Source of the DNA: a virus
IMG/VR virus record: IMGVR_UViG_3300028840_002886
Length of the DNA stretch: 45,455 bases
Strand: one strand, 5' to 3'
In this document: positions 43,253-45,455 of the stretch, piece after piece
How positions within the stretch are numbered: the stretch's first letter is position 1
Layout: the number at the start of each line of letters is the position of its first letter
The notes under the pieces: model-generated
What the model was told of the DNA's origin: nothing
Databases searched by the model: none
The model's input: only the letters and a program-made list of their open reading frames with translations
Made by a program: the position numbers and the translations under genes

Positions 43253-43942
43253 CTAAAACATCAGGTCAAATATACCTGTTTGCTTGGGTCTTACCCCAAT
43301 AATTTCGAACTTGCTTTCGGGCTCTTCAGATGAGTCGTATTCCCATTCCATATCGACTTTGGGGTCTATCTGGTCTGGGAGCTGGTCAATATATCGAAAG
43401 GCCTTTTGAAGCGAAAAGAAAGGGCATAGCTGTAAGCACTTGGAATCGGCTTCAGCTGTGAGCTTATCCTTGATGTCCTGCTTATCTATAAACTGCACTT
43501 GGCCGTCAAAGGGGCCTACTCTGTACCAATGAACGCCTTTGTGCCTGCCAAATCTGCCGTGTCGCATAATTGAATGGAGCCACTTGCACCCCCAACCGTG
43601 AATATCCTTAAAGCCCGGACTTATACAGCAATAGTCCTGCTGGTCTGGGAAATATTCGTGGTTGCAATAGCATCTTATCCAATTGAATATACCCTCGGTC
43701 TGTTCTCTGGTCAGCATTCGATTGTTGGCAAACATCACTGTGTCTTTGTACTTCTTGATGATACCCCAGAAGTAAACCAGCGACTTGAAATCTTCAATAC
43801 TGGACTGGTTGTTGATGATGATATGACAAGGTTCATCAAGCTCTTCAGGTAAATGCTTAATGCTGAAACCTTGAACTATACGCTTCAGTTTGCGAGCGTT
43901 TCTGGACGTTCGGTAAAATTGTAGTTTTATTTCAGCGTTCAT
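43253..43942 (-). CDS. Cys/His/Trp-rich protein of unknown function (int-linked cargo)
   Basis: 229-aa ORF. Its start overlaps the upstream 53-aa ORF by 11 nt. Confidence 0.6.
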   Translation of the reverse strand: MNAEIKLQFYRTSRNARKLKRIVQGFSIKHLPEELDEPCHIIINNQSSIEDFKSLVYFWGIIKKYKDTVMFANNRMLTREQTEGIFNWIRCYCNHEYFPDQQDYCCISPGFKDIHGWGCKWLHSIMRHGRFGRHKGVHWYRVGPFDGQVQFIDKQDIKDKLTAEADSKCLQLCPFFSLQKAFRYIDQLPDQIDPKVDMEWEYDSSEEPESKFEIIGVRPKQTGIFDLMF

Positions 43943-44093
43943 TGTTTGTAAGGAGCTCGTCTATTTTTTTCATAGACTCTTGCGTGCAACCATAGGTTTC
44001 CAAGATATTAAGCATTTTCGTAATAATTTCGGCTGGGAGTTCGTTAAGCAATTCTATAATATCTGAAATCATTTCTTCTTTTGTTTCTGACAT
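43932..44093 (-). CDS. 53-aa acidic helical protein
   Basis: MSETKEEMISDIIELLNELPAEIITKMLNILETYGCTQESMKKIDELLTNNER. Starts 24 nt after the int stop. Below the ORF-track cutoff. Confidence 0.45.
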   Translation of the reverse strand: MSETKEEMISDIIELLNELPAEIITKMLNILETYGCTQESMKKIDELLTNNER

Positions 44094-44117
44094 AATTAGA
44101 ATCCCCAAAAAAGTACA

Positions 44118-45299
44118 CTACCCCATCATTTTAGCTACTTTTTCAGCCTTTGCCAAGTCCAATTCTGCATATACTTCTGTTATGGCCGGAGACCTATGGC
44201 CGAGGACTGCTCTTGCTGCGTCAAGGCCGAATTCTCTGCGAATATCTGTCGCTGCCGTATGTCTTAGCTGATGAGGGTACCACCTCTCAACCTTAGCTGC
44301 TTTACAAGCTCTTGTAATCGCCTTGCGATAACTATTAGTATCGAAACATTCATTAAACTGTTGTATGCCTCTATTGTTGGTGCCAGGTCTGTTTCCACAG
44401 GACAGAGGAGTTTTTCGCTTCTTGTGCCTTCTCTGGCGTGCCTGTATGTTTGAGACAGTAGGCTTAAAACAATAATCAGTTTTTATCCTAAGCAGATATG
44501 GTGCAAGTATAGCCTGAGCTTTCGGTCCCATGGGAATAAATCTTTGGTGTCCGTGAAAAGCTGTCTTGTGATGTTCTGGTTTATAGACCCAGATTGTTGG
44601 ACCGCTACGGTCTATATCGCAAGGTCGCATCTGGACAAGTTCTCCCGGCCGCATACCAGTTAATAGCTGAATCTTTATCATATCCGCTATGATAGGCGTT
44701 ACAACGCCCAGAACAGCCTCTATGGCCTCAATACTAATCGGTCTAACCGTTCGACCTTCTCTGGCTACCGTGCGGCCTCTACGAAGTCCCTCGACTGTCT
44801 CTAAAGCACGGTAAGTATGTATTGAGACCAACATTTCAGAAGCCGCCCATTTATACATTCGCTTAATCATGCCAATCCTGCGATTGATTACAGACCTGCT
44901 CAAAGAGTGGTTGTCAATAATGTGCTCTCTGAATTCTTTCAGTTGGAGAGGTGTCAGGTCATCTGCAAGTAATTCCTGATAATAATCAGCGAGTGCAAAT
45001 ATCGCATATCCGATATTAACAGCTTCTTTCGATGGTGATAGGTAGTATTCTTGATTATGTTGATTGTACAGTTGAACAAGCGTTGTTAATCTTCCGTCCC
45101 ATGTTTCTGGCTTTCGCTCTCTCAAGTGCTTATCCCATATTTCAGAAGCGAGCATCTCCGCGAGTTTTTTATCCTTTGTAGCAAACCTTGAGCCTTTAGG
45201 TCGCAGTGCTATATAGCTGCACTTTGATTGTCCGGGCAGTCGAACCTTCCACCAATATCGACCATGATTTAGATAGATAGTGCCTTGATAATTGTCCAT
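44118..45299 (-). CDS. int: Tyrosine recombinase (phage integrase)
   Basis: C-terminal HQLRHTAATDIRREFG...LGHRSPAITEVYAELD (HxxR ... H ... Y). ATG 45299 is preceded by AAGGAG at 6-nt spacing (the ORF is open to 45332). Confidence 0.92.
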   Translation of the reverse strand: MDNYQGTIYLNHGRYWWKVRLPGQSKCSYIALRPKGSRFATKDKKLAEMLASEIWDKHLRERKPETWDGRLTTLVQLYNQHNQEYYLSPSKEAVNIGYAIFALADYYQELLADDLTPLQLKEFREHIIDNHSLSRSVINRRIGMIKRMYKWAASEMLVSIHTYRALETVEGLRRGRTVAREGRTVRPISIEAIEAVLGVVTPIIADMIKIQLLTGMRPGELVQMRPCDIDRSGPTIWVYKPEHHKTAFHGHQRFIPMGPKAQAILAPYLLRIKTDYCFKPTVSNIQARQRRHKKRKTPLSCGNRPGTNNRGIQQFNECFDTNSYRKAITRACKAAKVERWYPHQLRHTAATDIRREFGLDAARAVLGHRSPAITEVYAELDLAKAEKVAKMMG

Positions 45300-45311
45300 G
45301 CTTATACTCCT

Positions 45312-45455
45312 TTTTATAACTCGATTCCGCAATTTTGGTTATAAAACCATTTTCAAGTATAAGCAGCAAAAAGTGTTTGAAGTGTAAAGCTTTGTTACGC
45401 AAAGCTTTAGCAATGGAGCCTATGGGATTCGAACCCACGACCTCTTGCATGCCAT
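45312..45455. repeat. Right copy of 144-bp direct repeat (attR-like)
   Basis: Identical to 1-144. Confidence 0.95.
45414..45455 (-). tRNA. 3' half of tRNA-Ala(GGC); the 5' half, if present, lies beyond the window end
   Basis: Same sequence as 103-144. The window ends at the anticodon loop. Confidence 0.75.

Larger units (their letters stand above)
1..45455. mobile_element. Complete temperate tailed phage (prophage, siphovirus-type tail module) bounded by 144-bp direct repeats
   Basis: Identical repeats at both ends. Integrase abuts the right repeat. Regulator pair, recombination/replication genes and a full terminase-to-tail-tip gene set are present, nearly all on the + strand. Confidence 0.85.

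Noticed and set aside
42366-43256. 296-aa + strand ORF across the IS
   Set aside because: It is antisense to the transposase, whose translation shows DDE-family motifs. The + strand translation has no recognisable features and crosses the IS boundary.
1-45455. Search by eye for CRISPR arrays, reverse transcriptase/DGR template-variable repeat pairs, retron-like structures and rRNA
   Set aside because: None found. There are no regularly spaced repeats and no RT motif (YxDD) ORF. The only long repeats are the 144-bp termini, the IS ends and the 21-nt intragenic repeat.

Overview
The window holds one complete temperate tailed-phage genome of about 45.3 kb. Bases 1-144 repeat exactly at 45312-45455. 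The repeat carries the 3' half of a minus-strand tRNA-Ala(GGC) and stops exactly at the anticodon loop/stem boundary. A tyrosine integrase (44118-45299, minus) abuts the right copy. This looks like a prophage cut out attL-to-attR, or a repeat-collapsed assembly loop of the same element. Layout from left to right: (1) a minus-strand cargo operon at attL (lipoprotein plus PEP-CTERM protein); (2) a divergent ribbon-helix-helix regulator pair around a near-consensus promoter with ATAG-N6-CTAT repeats, then an Xis-like HTH and a phage-borne initiator-like tRNA-Met; (3) early + strand genes: YqaJ exonuclease, RecT, SSB, an SNF2-like/DNA methyltransferase fusion, a DUF1376 replication protein, a DnaC-like loader and a PD-(D/E)XK nuclease; (4) a membrane-protein trio closed by a strong terminator; (5) an accessory block: radical-SAM remnant, DUF551, DUF4326, SEC-C, HExxH, MazG, Ogr/Delta-like zinc finger and a ParB-methyltransferase; (6) late genes: small and large terminase, portal, Mu F-like, scaffold, capsid, connector, HK97 gp10-like, tail terminator, tail tube, G/GT chaperones with a GGGAAAC -1 slippery site, tape measure and RcGTA g12-g15-like tail-tip genes; (7) an IS with 13-bp inverted repeats and a 7-bp target duplication; (8) a minus-strand two-gene cassette of unknown function downstream of int. 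The most unusual items are two Sec-signal proteins inside the virion module (one dockerin-like/Ig-like/LamG), an SNF2 domain whose second lobe appears internally deleted but is fused to an intact methyltransferase, the PEP-CTERM cargo, and the uncharacterised int-linked cassette. PEP-CTERM, dockerin-like and LamG features hint at a PVC-type host (Planctomycetota/Verrucomicrobiota-like); this is inference only. All family names come from reading motifs by eye, and no searches were run.
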